DNA from: Antedon mediterranea
Taxonomy: Eukaryota; Animalia; Echinodermata
DNA length: 64,000 nucleotides
Direction of reading: 5' to 3'
Assembly: GCF_964355755.1 (NCBI RefSeq)
Contig: NC_092674.1
Span: 21,452,001 to 21,516,000 of the forward strand
Numbering within the stretch: position 1 is the stretch's first letter; each line of letters opens with the position of its first letter. A program made the translations under genes and the position numbers. Positions 37,038-49,436 of this stretch are shown here, piece by piece. Below the pieces are notes generated by a model. It was not told where the DNA came from and ran no database searches. It saw nothing but the letters and a program-made list of their open reading frames with translations.

Positions 37038-40000
37038 AAAGGTCCCAACAAAAGAGAAAGGGAAACACTGGAACAAAAACCTCCAATAATTTACTCCATA
37101 GTGCAATATCACAAACTAATAATCTTATAGGCGACCCTAGTGTCGTAACAATAATTGTTGACGGTCATATATGTAATGCAATGTTAGATACAGGCTCGCA
37201 GGTTACATGTATCAGTGAAGACTTTTATAAAGATAAATTAAGGGATAAGCCTATATACCCATTAACCGATTTAATAGTAATTGGTGCTGGCGGTCAGAAC
37301 GTACCTTATCTAGGTTATATAGAGGTCAATTTAACGTTTCCTAAAGTCCAGACGGGCTATACAAAACAATTCCCAACATTAGCTTTAGTGTGCCCCAAAT
37401 TAGGGAAGGGACTGTCTATGTTAATGGGCACCAACACCAGTATAGTTCGGGATCTGGCCAATGGCTGGACAAATACTAAGAAAAAGGGAAGGAAAGTAGG
37501 CCCCATACACTCTGCTTGGGCTGAAGTGTATAAAGAGGATAAGGCTAAGAAAGATAAACTAGGCCCCGTTAAAATATGTTCTCCTATGACAATACCTAGA
37601 GGAAAAATAGTAGAGGTAGAATGTGTTATAAAGAACACAGTACACCCTAACTTAGATGTGTTAATTGAAGCATCCCCGGATATCCCACTTCCTGGAGGGC
37701 TTTTAATCACACCCTTAATAGTCAAGTTAGAACATATGGGCCCAGTTAAACTTAGAGTTCCTTTGTCAAATTCTAGTAAAGAAATTAGGCTAAATAGAAA
37801 CTTTAAGATTGCCACTGCTTTCATCCCCCAGTCTATAACGCATCACAGTCCGGAAGTTCACTGTAACTCAAGTACGGCCTCAAACAATTTTAATTTTGAT
37901 AGCTCGCCAATTTCACATATAGATAAGGCGAAATTTATTAATTTACTTAATAATCATCCGAATGTTTTTTCAAAGAATGATTTAGATATAGGGAGAACTT
38001 CGGCTGTAAAACATAAAATACACCTAACTAATGACACCCCATTCCGTCAACCTTGTAGGAGGATACCCCCATCTGATTTCAATGATGCTAGGGACCACAT
38101 TCAAGATTTATTAAGGAAGAATATCATTAGAGAGTCCGAAAGCCAGTATAGTTCTCCTATAGTATTAGTCAGGAAAAAGAAGACTAACGAAATTCGATTA
38201 TGTATAGATTACAGACTTCTAAATTCTAGGACGGTTAGGGACCAATACAACGTCCCCAACATTGAAGATGCCCTTACAACCTTACGTGGTGCCAAATGGT
38301 TCTCATGTCTTGACCTCAAATCAGGCTATTACCAAATTGAAATGGATGAGGAGGATAAAGCAAAAACTGCATTTTGGTGCCCATTGGGATTCTATGAATT
38401 TAACCGAATGCCCCAAGGGATCACTAATGCCCCCGCCACCTTCCAGCGACTAATGGAGAAGTGCATGGGGGAGTTAACATTCTCCGACGTTCTAGTTTAT
38501 TTAGATGACTTACTAGTTTTTTCAACCACACTAGACGAACACCTAGCTAAGTTAGACAAAGTATTATCTAGGCTTGAAGAGTATGGCTTGAAACTAAATC
38601 CAGACAAGTGCAATTTTGCCCAAACTTCCATTAAGTGCTTGGGCCATGTCATTTCAGAGGATGGGGTAAGCACTGACCCAGATAAGGTAGAGGCTGTCAA
38701 ATCTTGGCCCCGCCCCTCAAATGTAAAAGAATTGAAATCATTTCTAGGTTTTGCTGGTTATTATCGACGATTTATACAGCATTATAGCCATCTTGCCAAA
38801 CCATTAAACCAACTTATGACTAAGTATGACCCAATACGTAAACGAGGTAAAACGTTCAAAAAACCTAAATCCAATACTCCCTCAGAAAGGCGCCCTAGTC
38901 CTAATACCCCATTTGGTACTAACTGGTCCGAATCATGTCAGGTGGCATTTGATGTACTAATAGATAACTTGTCTTCAGCCCCTATATTAGGATTCGCAGA
39001 CTACAATTCACCATTTATTCTACATACCGACGCTAGCACAAGCGGGTTAGGTGCAGCCCTATATCAAGAGATAAATGGGATAAAGAGGGTAATTGCCTAT
39101 GCTAGTCGTGGGTTATCCAAAAGTGAAGCCAATTATCCTGCTCATAAATTAGAGTTTCTTGCCCTAAAATGGGCGGTGACTGAGAAATTTACTGACTATC
39201 TTTATGGTCAACGATTTGTAATTTACACCGATAATAACCCCTTAACGTACGTGTTGACGACAGCTAAGCTTGACGCTACAGGTCAAAGGTGGCTTGCCGC
39301 CCTGGTCAATTACAACTTTGATATTAAATACAAAGCAGGTAGAAACAATCAAGATGCAGACGGTCTTAGTCGTCGCCCACATGACCCCCTTCCAATGACT
39401 TTGAATACGAACAATATCAAGAGAAAGCTGACGAAGTGTTAGGTAGAGTAAAATTTTCATCCTGTTCGTTCACAGCAGTCTGTAATGCTAAAATAGTTAA
39501 TAAGTCTACTATACCTAATGATACAACACCCTTAGTTGAGTCAGTTAGTGATTCTCCTGATGCAATCCCCGCCATCTATGATAACCCTATTAGGCCTATA
39601 GATGGGCAGTCAACCTTGCCTAATGTTACTGCAGCGGAGTGGGTAGAGCATCAACAACAAGACCCTAATATAAAACCTATTTTATAATAGTATATAACAA
39701 ACGGAAACCTACACAAGATGAACTCACAAAATTACCCGAGGAAACTAGGCTACTCCTGAGACAGTTTGATAAATTATTGGTAAAAGATAATATTCTATAC
39801 CGCCAATTTGTAAATAACATCGGAGCTATGCAATTGCAATTACTACTTCCAACCGCTTATAGAGATAAAGCATTTACTGGCTTACATGATGACATTGGTC
39901 ACCCTGGGATGGAACGGACCTTGGATCTTGCCCGATCCAGATTTTATTGGCCTCGTATGTCCTCCCAAATTGAAGATAAATGTAGGTGTTGTGAACGATG

Positions 40001-41525
40001 TGTCCGAAGAAAGGCCCGTGCTACCAAAGCAGCCCCCCTAGTTAGTGTCAGAACCACCATGCCTATGGAATTAATGTGTATTGACTTTCTGTCTATAGAA
40101 CCTGATTCTAAGGATACTAGAAATGTATTAGTTGTGACTGACCATTTCACTAGATATGCTATTGCTATCCCAACTAAGGACCAAAAAGCCCCCACAGTAG
40201 CAAAAGCTCTGTGGAATAATGTCTTTCAACATTATGGCTTTCCAAAACAATTACATTCAGATCAAGGCAGAGATTTCGAATCAAAAGTTATCCAAGATTT
40301 ATGTAAATATTTAGGAGTAAGAAAATCTCGTACAACCCCATACCATCCCCAGGGTAATGGTCAGGTAGAACGGTTTAACCAAACCCTGCTTAAAATGCTA
40401 GGCACTCTAGAAAACCAAAAGAAAGAACATTGGCGAGACCATGTTGCACCCTTAGTGCATGCATACAATTGTACTAAGAATGATGCTACGGGAATGTCCC
40501 CATATTATTTAATGTTTGGTAGAGAAGCCCGCCTCCCAATTGACATCCAACTAGGTATTGACCCAAATCAAAATGGTTCACTTTCTCCAAGGGGATATGC
40601 CGACAAATTACGACATCGCCTAGAAACAGCACACAAATTAGCCCAGGAAATGGCAACCAAGAAAGCTAATGCCAATAAAGCCCGATATGATAGTAAAGTG
40701 CGTGAATGCACTATTTGCAAGGGTGATAGGGTACTAGTAAAAAATGTGCGCTTAAGGGGTAAACATAAACTTGCTGATAGGTAGGAAGAAACTATTTATG
40801 TGGTTTTGGAACAAATAGGGGACAACCCTGTGTACAAGATAGAACCTGAAGATAGTGATGGCCCTACTAGAACATTGCATAGAAATATGCTACTCCCATG
40901 TAGGTTTGCTACAGCAAAGGAAACTCCCCCTAAAAGTGGTACTAAAGAAAAACAAAGACAGAGAAAGCCTGTCACTCGACAAGGGCACAAAACGCCTAAG
41001 TCAACTGTCCCACAGCCAGAACTATCTGGACATGAAACAAGTGATAGTGATTTAGATTATTACATTCCAAATTCAGTTCGCACACTTCAACAACCAACAG
41101 ATCCATCTATACCTCCTAATCTGGGTAATGACCAAAACGTGGCTCAAACTATTATTGACACCCCAATTGTTAACGAAATAGAACCTCAGATCAATGAGGA
41201 AGATGTAATAGTTAACCATGATATTAATGATTTCGAAGATGCTGTTATTCATAATTTAGACAACAATGATAATGTTAATATTGATAATGCTAATAATGAG
41301 CCTGATATTCAACCTGATGTCCACGAACCACAGGCTAATACAGATGATACCTTACGTCCTAAACGGCTAAGAACACAGCCAGAAAGGTTAGGTTATTTTG
41401 CTCCCGGCCAACAAGTTACATCAACTTCTAATATGGTGGTCCAAGTCATTGGGATGCAAAACCAAATGTTTGCTGATATGATGCAATCTCAATTATCAAT
41501 TTTAAGAGGCTCTAAGCCGAATTAA
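36983..41525 (+). pseudogene. Pol (PR-RT-RH-IN plus long acidic tail); two frameshifts (~39388, ~39680) and a TAG at 40782
   Basis: LDTGSQV, LCIDYR, YLDD, TDASTSGLGA, HDDIGHPG..CERC, SDQGRDFES, GQVERFN, RLRTQPERLGY. Confidence 0.93.
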
Positions 41526-41750
41526 TTTTATAATGTTATTTTTACTATATGTTTATATATACACGCCAATTTTGATTCCTTTTCAATGTAATATTTTTTT
41601 TTCACTGTATATTTTATGTATTAAGACAGGTGAATTACAATCAAAAACTAAATGGTGACGTAGTTAAGCACTACTTTTAATGTAAATGTTGGTTACCATT
41701 GAGTTTGTTGAGCGTCGTCCGGGGACGGACGAATATTTTGGCAGGGTGAG

Positions 41751-43001
41751 TGTAACCCAGGCTACAAAAGTTGGCCAGTCAAAGAAGATGAAGGGTAACC
41801 CAGGCCACAAAAGTGTGCCAGTCCAAGGAAATTGCAACATTTACACATTCCTACTTCCTTACAAACAAAGAAAGTACTGACCAACATACTTTAAGTATGA
41901 GCTAATTATTTTAAGGATAAACTATTAGCTGATCAAACTCCAAATAAGGAAATAGGGCCACCATCATCTACCATTAGATAATGGTCCAGGAATGTATTTC
42001 GGAACAACAGGGTGGGGCCAAGATATATAAAAAAGACTGCAGAGTTGGGAAAAATCACAACTCAACTCTAAATCTATTGAGAGCAGTCAGGTCCTCCCTG
42101 ATACTTTTTGTACGTTCTGAAAGAAGTTGTATTTACACTTATTCCTTGCTCAACAAATTCAGGTAAGATAACCAACATAAACTTATTATTTTGTAGCGTA
42201 AGTAACATAGCTAAATCCTTTAGTTGTACTTGTTAACTACATATAGGATACTACTTTTATGTTTATCATTGCTTGTTGTCCAACAATGAATTTATTATCT
42301 TAGATACAACTTGATATATTGTAAATATGTACTATATGTTTGACCACCTTATATCGTATTGATTGTATGTTTATATGTAAGTTAGAGTGTAGTAATAAGA
42401 CCCTGTCATTATACTCACTAGGCTATGATTTATTAGCTAATCCTAAATTATCCTTGAATGAAGCCTGTATAGAGAATTCTGTAGTTATAGGAATTAAATA
42501 CAAAAAGGCTACCGTAGTAGACAACTCAACTCTAAATCTATTGAGAGCAGTCAGGTCCTCCCTGATACTTTTTGTACGTTCTGAAAGAAGTTGTATTTAC
42601 ACTTATTCCTTGCTCAACAAATTCAGGTTGAGGGAAGATTGCCCAAGTTGGATTCTGTGTGTAAAGTCCACAGCCAGATGAGGGAATCGGTGGAGTGTAT
42701 AAGCATCAAACTTCGAACGGGTTTACCACACCAAAAAGGGGACAAGCTCGACCACTGCCAGTTGTCAACAAACTTAAGTTTGACTGGTTATCTAAATCTT
42801 TAAGCATACTTAATTATAAGTCGCATATTGTATAATTTGTATTACGATTTAGAATAATAACACATCTACTATAAGCCAACTATTGTGTACTCTTTTATTT
42901 ATTATCTATGTGTGTCTAGTGCCACCGCCCCAATCAACTCGAACCCCGCTCACCTCAACCCTAAGTCGATAATCTTTTGTGTTGTGTGTAGAGTGGTTAC
43001 A
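41751..43001 (+). repeat. Gypsy 3' LTR
   Basis: Preceded by purine-rich GGCAGGGTGAG and the hairpin TCGTCCGGGGACGGACGA. Confidence 0.97.
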
Positions 43002-43005
43002 CTAG

Positions 43006-43320
43006 GAACACTTATGGATTTACCCAATTTAACCCCCAAAGGCCGGTCCTCCATGGATGGACATTAAGCCCCATAATGGACATATAAGGGGTGACACTGT
43101 GGGTTCATAATAGACAGGCGGGGCCCATGGAATAAAGCTGCCTTGCACTCTCGATCCTTAAGTAACACTTATGGATTTGCCCAAATTAACCCAAGGGCCG
43201 GTCATCCATGGACATTAAGCCTCATAATGGAAATATAAGGGGTGACAATGTGTGTTTATATAGACAGGCACATGGAATAAAGCTGCCTGTGCACTCTCGA
43301 TCCTTAGGGAACCGATTTGG
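43006..43320. repeat. ~150-bp tandem repeat, right part
   Basis: Same unit as 33780-34232. Confidence 0.85.
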
Positions 43321-44600
43321 ATTTTGCCTAAAATGAAACAACAGCAGGTCATCTATTTAGACCCTTCTGTGGTTCTCTACTGTATGTTCAGTTCTACATT
43401 TGGCTCCTGTATCGGATCAATGCATTTGGCTACATAAGTTACTGTGTTAGAAATATATCGGGTAACTAAAACTGTAGGTTCCAATATTAAGCCATGGGAA
43501 AAGCCTGTCTGTGCACCCTCAATCCTTTTAAAAGGAACCCATATGGATTTGCCAAAATGAACCAAGGGTAACTTCTGAATTCTCTATGAGCCGTACATTC
43601 CGTTTATTGGAGATACATGGATACCTGATTGAAATTGCTCAAAAGAAAGACATTGTACTGTATAGTAATAGTATTATTCCCCTTCCACGCCTCTTTGAAT
43701 TAAATCCGCCCTGTAGGCTCTTATGTACAGGATTTCAAGGCAATAATCACACTTGTATTTTTCAAACAGTATAATCTATTAGATTGAATAAAAATATCTA
43801 TTATAAACAATTTGCCGTTAGAAATCTCTATGCCATGTCGTTATTTAGATGAGAAAAACAGGTCAAATGTTAAAATTACAGAAAAGTAGGTGTTTCAGTC
43901 ACTTTTTGAAAAAAATGTTGCATTATGGCAATTATAAACATATATATTGTGAACAATTTGACACCAAAATTGGCTCCTTACGACAAATATTTATTAATTT
44001 ATGTTTTTATAACCTTATTCAATTATGTCAAAGGTTAATAACCACACTTCCGGTCATTTTTCAAGCAATATCATCTGTTATACTGAATATAAATGTATAT
44101 CTTGGGAAAAATTGCTCCTATTTTTAATTCTCTCCGACCTGCCGTTACTTAGATATAGCAAAAAGAGGTCAAAGGTCAAAATTGCTAACAATGAGGTTTC
44201 CGGTCAATTTTTCAAAGAAAGTTCTGTTAGAGCTAATATAAACATATACATTGTGAACAATTTGACACCAAAATTATCTTACTACGTCCAGAATTTCCAG
44301 AGATATAGCATGTTTTTGTATTGGTCAATTTTGAACTTTGACCCCTTATATCTCAAAAACGCTTCCTATCCTGATCGATTACCTTCCATATTCGTAATCT
44401 ACGGAAAATTCTGGTCTAGAAAAGTTGGATGGCAATTTGTCCCCTTTCGGGTGGTGTATATCCCCCCTCCTGCCACCGGACTATAAGTGATAGGGTTTTT
44501 GGTAATAATGATGTTTCATGATATTTATGTTAAAAAGAAAAAGTTATTTGAGATTGTATTATGGGATCGACAAACAACTGTGTGTCGAGGAAGGGGAGAA

Positions 44601-44786
44601 TGTTCTGAAGAACAACAAAAGTATAATGAGGGCGCTATTGTATAGTGTGTAAAAGGCCGTTTTGGCGTGCCATAAAAAGAAAAAGAAAAGAAAAACAAAT
44701 ACCGACAGCGTGGTTGGAAAGAAGTGTGCAAATAAATGATAATAAAAATCAGAAAGTTCTTTCGTATATATTATTATGGGCCTTTC
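44601..44786 (+). repeat. BEL 3' LTR, last ~7 bp missing
   Basis: Matches 16926-17111; follows a polypurine tract. Confidence 0.85.
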
Positions 44787-45650
44787 CTTTTTGGTTGTAC
44801 TTGCGCACAGTGATAATAAACAGGATTTAGTTACACTGTGCTCTAGTATACCCATGTTGGTTGTACTTGCGCACAGTGATAATAAACAGGATTTAGTTAC
44901 ACTGTGCTCTAGTATACCCATTTTGATTGTACTTGCGCACAGATAATAAATAGGATTTAGTTAAGCACTTTTCGCTACTATACCCATTTTGTTTGTACTT
45001 GAGCATAGTGATAATAAACAGGATTTAGTTAGCACTGTGCTCTAGTATACCCATGTTGGTTGTACTTGCTCACAGTGATAATAAACAGGATTTAGTTACA
45101 CTATGCTCTAGTATTACCATGTTGGTTTTACTTGCGCACAGTGATGATAAAGAGGATTTAGTTTAGCACTTTTCCCTACTAAACCCATCTTGGTTGTACT
45201 TGAGCACAGTGATAATACATAGTATTTAGTTTAGCACTGTGCTCTTGTATACCTATTTTGGTTGTACTTGAGCAAAGTTATAATAAACAGGTTTTAGTTT
45301 AGCACTGTGCTCTAGTATACCAATTGTGGGTTGTACTTGAGCACAGTGATAGTACATATGATTTAGTTAATGTGCTCTAGTATACCCATTGTGGTTGTAC
45401 TTGAGCACAGTGATAATAAAAAGGATTTAGTTTAGCACTGTGTGCTACTATACCCATTTTGGTTGTACTTGAGCACAGTGATAATAAATAGGATTTGGTT
45501 TACCACTGTGCACTACTATACCCATTTTGTTGTACAGTTATAATAAATAGGATTTAGTTTAGCACTGTGCTTAAGTACACCCATGTTGGTTGTACTTGCG
45601 CATAGTGATAATAATAGGATTAAACCAGGGAGTCTAATAACAACTCCCTG
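44787..45650. repeat. 66-68-bp tandem array, right part, ending in a hairpin (HINE/Helentron-like end)
   Basis: About 12 units; stem CAGGGAGT (45626-45633) / ACTCCCTG (45643-45650). Confidence 0.8.
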
Positions 45651-45669
45651 ATTAAACTAATCACTGTGC

Positions 45670-47560
45670 TAAAAAACAGCAGGGGTCCAAGGATTGACCC
45701 TTGTGGAACGCCCCTTTCCCCCACCGTTTTACTATTTTTATTATAGACTGACACTTTCCAATTTTACGAATTGTTTTCTTTCTCTAAGGTAGCTTCTGTA
45801 CCAATCAAGATCCACGCCTCTTATTCTATAATGGTACAATTTGCTAAGCCATAATTCATGATTTATCGAATCGCCTTGAATAAAACTAAAAATACGCCAA
45901 TCATAAAATACTTGTTGTCAACGGCCCGTTGATATTTTACCAAGAACATATAGGAGGGCGTGGTTATTTAAATGACCTGCCATGAATTCATATTGAGATT
46001 CATGTAACATATAATTACACAAAAAAGCAATTGTTTGGTCATATACGACCCTTTCAAATACCTTAGATATACATGGTAATATCGATATCGGTCTATAATT
46101 TTCTATATTCTCCTATTCTTGCTCTTTTTTTATACATGGGAATTGTTCTAGCAATTTTTAGTTGACAAGGAAATATACCTGATTGAAGGGATACATTTGA
46201 TTATAATATGAGATAACGGTTTAGCCAGTATATCTGAGTTATTTGTTATATAGATGGTACCAATGTCATCACAACCACTTGATTTATTTACATTTAAGTC
46301 ACTGTAATGTATTTAATGACATCGGATTCAGATACCTCTCTAAAAACATTGAATTCAAAATGTTATGTTGTATTGTGTATTCGGTGTTACTATTACATTT
46401 GGTCACTTATATTTATACAGTATGTGTTAAACGCATTGGCTATGGATGTTGGGTTATTAAGTTGTTAGGAGTCGATTTTCATTTTTTGAGGCATTTCTTG
46501 ATGTTTCTTCCTACCTAATAATGAGTTTATGACACCCACTGTTTTTTTATATTACTCTTGTGCTTTTCAAATTCATTTTTGTAATAATTAGTTTTTCTTT
46601 CCCTTATTATTGAGGTTATATTTGATGTATAATGTATTTGTTGTACAAAGAGATTTTTGTATCTACTTTCAACCTAACTCTTTTGAGTGGGAAATGCTTA
46701 TCTATCATTGTTTTTAAATTATCTGAACATTATTGATTAATTTGCATTTTCAGTGCTAGTTACATATTGCCAATCATAGCCCTGTAATTCAAGTCTAAAC
46801 TGCCGTTTTCGTTGATCAGTATAACTTATTTTTATTATAATTTTTTTTTATCGTGGTAATGAATAATTGTCTGAATCATCCATGCAGAAAACTGCAAAGT
46901 GGCCAGATATGTCATTAACTAATATCTCTGTGTTAATAATTTGGAATTATTAATAATTTGTATAAATAAATATTGTAAATTACTTTTGCGATATCTTTTG
47001 TGATTCGAGTGGGTTTCTTAACTAGTGGAATGAAAGATTCTGTTAGCATGTTGTCTACGTAAGTTTGAACATTATTGTCACATTTATATTTTTGTTGATC
47101 TAGGTTAACGTCACCCATAACTTATGCCTTTTTATATTCATTGTTTATCGTGTGAATTGATTCACAAAGTTGGTTATTAAATGTTGGAATATGGGCTTTA
47201 GGGGGCCTGTAGATTATTCCACATATAATTGATTTACCATTATTCTTTAATTCAATTATAATGCACTCTCCTTCGTTTATCCTAGTAGACAAGTAATTTC
47301 TTATTTGATACATTGTAGGCCTACATGTACAATGCTACACATTTCCCGGTCTGGATTTCTCTGATTTTAACAATATATAAACGAAGGGGATGTTTGCTTG
47401 AACTACGTTTCAGCAAGTCCTAATACATAAAATTCAAAATCGAGAGAAGGTACATAATTTTTAAATTCATCAAATTTGTTAACAATACTTCTGCAATTTA
47501 ATGCAAACATAGAAAAACTATTAGTTGACGTTTGACTGAACGTGGATTTAAATTTACCAA
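45670..47560 (-). mobile_element. CR1/L2-group LINE ORF2 remnant (APE endonuclease and partial RT)
   Basis: IIYRPP, MGDVNLD, KPTRIT, NYRPISILP, GVPQGSILGPLLF on the minus strand; heavily decayed. Confidence 0.8.
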
Positions 47561-48112
47561 TACTAAAGTAATAGGTTTCTTTATAGTTTTAATGCGGTTT
47601 TATTTTCATTTTACAGCAATGTAGGGTTGTGTACAATAACATGACATGGGTAGTATTTTATCCAAATTACATAAATACAATCTCATATTTAATAAATGTG
47701 TTTCTTACTAACAAAATTTGGTCTGGTCACTTTGTATGTTCACGGTATTGTCTCCCATAATACATTATACAGATATTGACTGCTTAGAGGTTAAATATAA
47801 GATTTGACATCCCCGAGGGAATGATATTAAAGTGCTAGTGCCACACTTTCGACAAATACGACATTTACTATTATCAGTATCAAGAATAATATATGTAGAT
47901 ACTGTGTTAAATTGAGTTTCAATAATAAATTGTTATATATATGAAAAAAAAAGCAATATGTGTGTCGTTATTTGGTCACGAAATGTTACCTTTCGACATT
48001 TGTATGTGACGTCACAGCCAGAACACCAACGATCGCGAGGAGGAACTAACCTGCATCTTGCGCCTTATAACACACCCCGCGGCGATCACAACAAGCTTAC
48101 TGAATATTTGTT

Positions 48113-49161
48113 ATGGATTCCGAAAGCGATTTAGAAAGTGTTTCATCAGATAGACCTAGTAGTAGTAGTTCATCATCAAGTGATGAGGAAAATGGTACTG
48201 GCCTTATAATACCATAAAATTTCGAACCACGTTTTGAGGAACATGAATTACAAGACATTGATGAAGAAGCCCATGGTGAAGATGTTGACATGATGGCTGC
48301 GCGCCTGGATAATTTAGAATGGTAGGTGTTCCCCTTGTGGTTGTTGTAGTGAAGCGTCTGCTTGATTGGGCTAGGCCTAATTAATCAATCGAAGCTAGAG
48401 CTACCTTAGTGTTTCTAAATTCTAAATATACAATCGGTTTGTTTTTTTTCAAATTTTGTGAGATGCCATACGTTAATATAAAGTCCCCATCGTAATTTGT
48501 TTGATGATTATTAGATGGGTCGGATTTGGGACGGTGGTTTAATAATAGGCTACTCCTTGGCTTGGGTTTGGTTATAATAATAGATGGACTAGGCCTAAAG
48601 TATTAATATTAATATTCTGGTCATAGTTCAAATGGGCATTTGAATTTCACTTGCTTGAGTGACTGCTGATATGATCAACTAATTACAATCATAATAATTA
48701 GTTTTATAATGACTAAATACATGTTTTCATCTTGTTCAGGTGTTCCTGTGAACATTGCCAAATCATGGGCTCAGGGGAAGAGTGCATCTGCTGCAAGGAG
48801 TGCGAAAACACAAGTGCTAAACTTGAAGACAATGTCAATCTGTTCAACAATGATGCTCCATTCTCCTGCATCACAAATCATCCAGGTTTCAAGTCTGTTG
48901 CTCTTGACCCTTGGGTGCTGGAAGTAGCATGGCTTTCGTATAAGCAACACTATGATAAGAAAGTTATCTATAACGGACCAAAAAAAAAAAGTACCGTCAC
49001 ATATCGTACAGACAGTATTCCCGATGGATACATGGATATGTCGGAAAAAATATCCGTATAGTGCTTCCGTCTTGTGTTGTCTCTATTGCATAAGAGCACA
49101 TTTCCCACCACCTGGAGATGACCCGGTGTTTACAGGATTTAAAGTACCCGACCTAAATTAA
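48113..49161 (+). pseudogene. Kolobok accessory gene (KolX-type), similar to the P2X7 cytoplasmic ballast/nanor Zn-binding domain; exons 48113-48321, 48740-49161
   Basis: W|CSCEHC..EECICC..CITNHPGF..YRHISYRQY..W..IRIVLPSCVV..IRAHFP..FTGFK; TAA at 48215 and frameshifts at ~48985 and ~49085. Confidence 0.8.
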
Positions 49162-49436
49162 AACAGCCATAGCAGCATTTTAATTTTCTTTTACTATTTA
49201 GTATTAGTTTAGTAATGTTTTGAAATTAAATAAAGTAATAATTTATACAATTTGTAACTCATTTTGATTTTATTGCTTCTCTCATCCATATACATCTCCA
49301 ATACATTGTTATTGGGGAAAAAATGAAATAGTCTGAAAATACAGTACATTGTGAATATTTCAACAATTTTATTATGTCTACAATAATATGCTGTGTTCAA
49401 TTCATTTATATGATTAATAAACATGGTGTCAAGTTA

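Larger units (their letters stand above)
34237..43001 (+). mobile_element. Full-length young Ty3/Gypsy LTR retrotransposon with PNMA-like gag
   Basis: 1251-bp LTRs with TGTAACC..GGTTACA termini, TSD CTAG (34233-34236, 43002-43005), PBS, PPT, gag and pol. Confidence 0.97.
32196..44483. mobile_element. Second non-autonomous Academ-like element (~3.5 kb without the nested Gypsy)
   Basis: ~160-bp TIRs TAGTCCGGTGGCAGGAGGGGGG.. / ..CCCCCCTCCTGCCACCGGACTA, TSD TAA (32193-32195, 44484-44486); internal diverged 512-bp duplication (32301/32813). Confidence 0.7.
16926..44786 (+). mobile_element. BEL/Pao LTR retrotransposon expanded to ~28 kb by nested insertions
   Basis: Matching LTRs at 16926-17118 and 44601-44786, degenerate tRNA-Met-like PBS TTGTAGCAGAG (17128), PPT GAGGAAGGGGAGAA before 44601, and the same 68-bp array on both flanks. 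Confidence 0.8.

Noticed and set aside
40800-41525. Possible env or extra ORF
   Set aside because: Same frame as integrase after a single TAG; no signal peptide or transmembrane segment; ends with the usual Gypsy pol tail motif.
44787-45620. 68-bp array as a CRISPR array
   Set aside because: Units are contiguous diverged repeats without unique spacers; eukaryotic context; no cas genes. The same applies to the 150-bp array.
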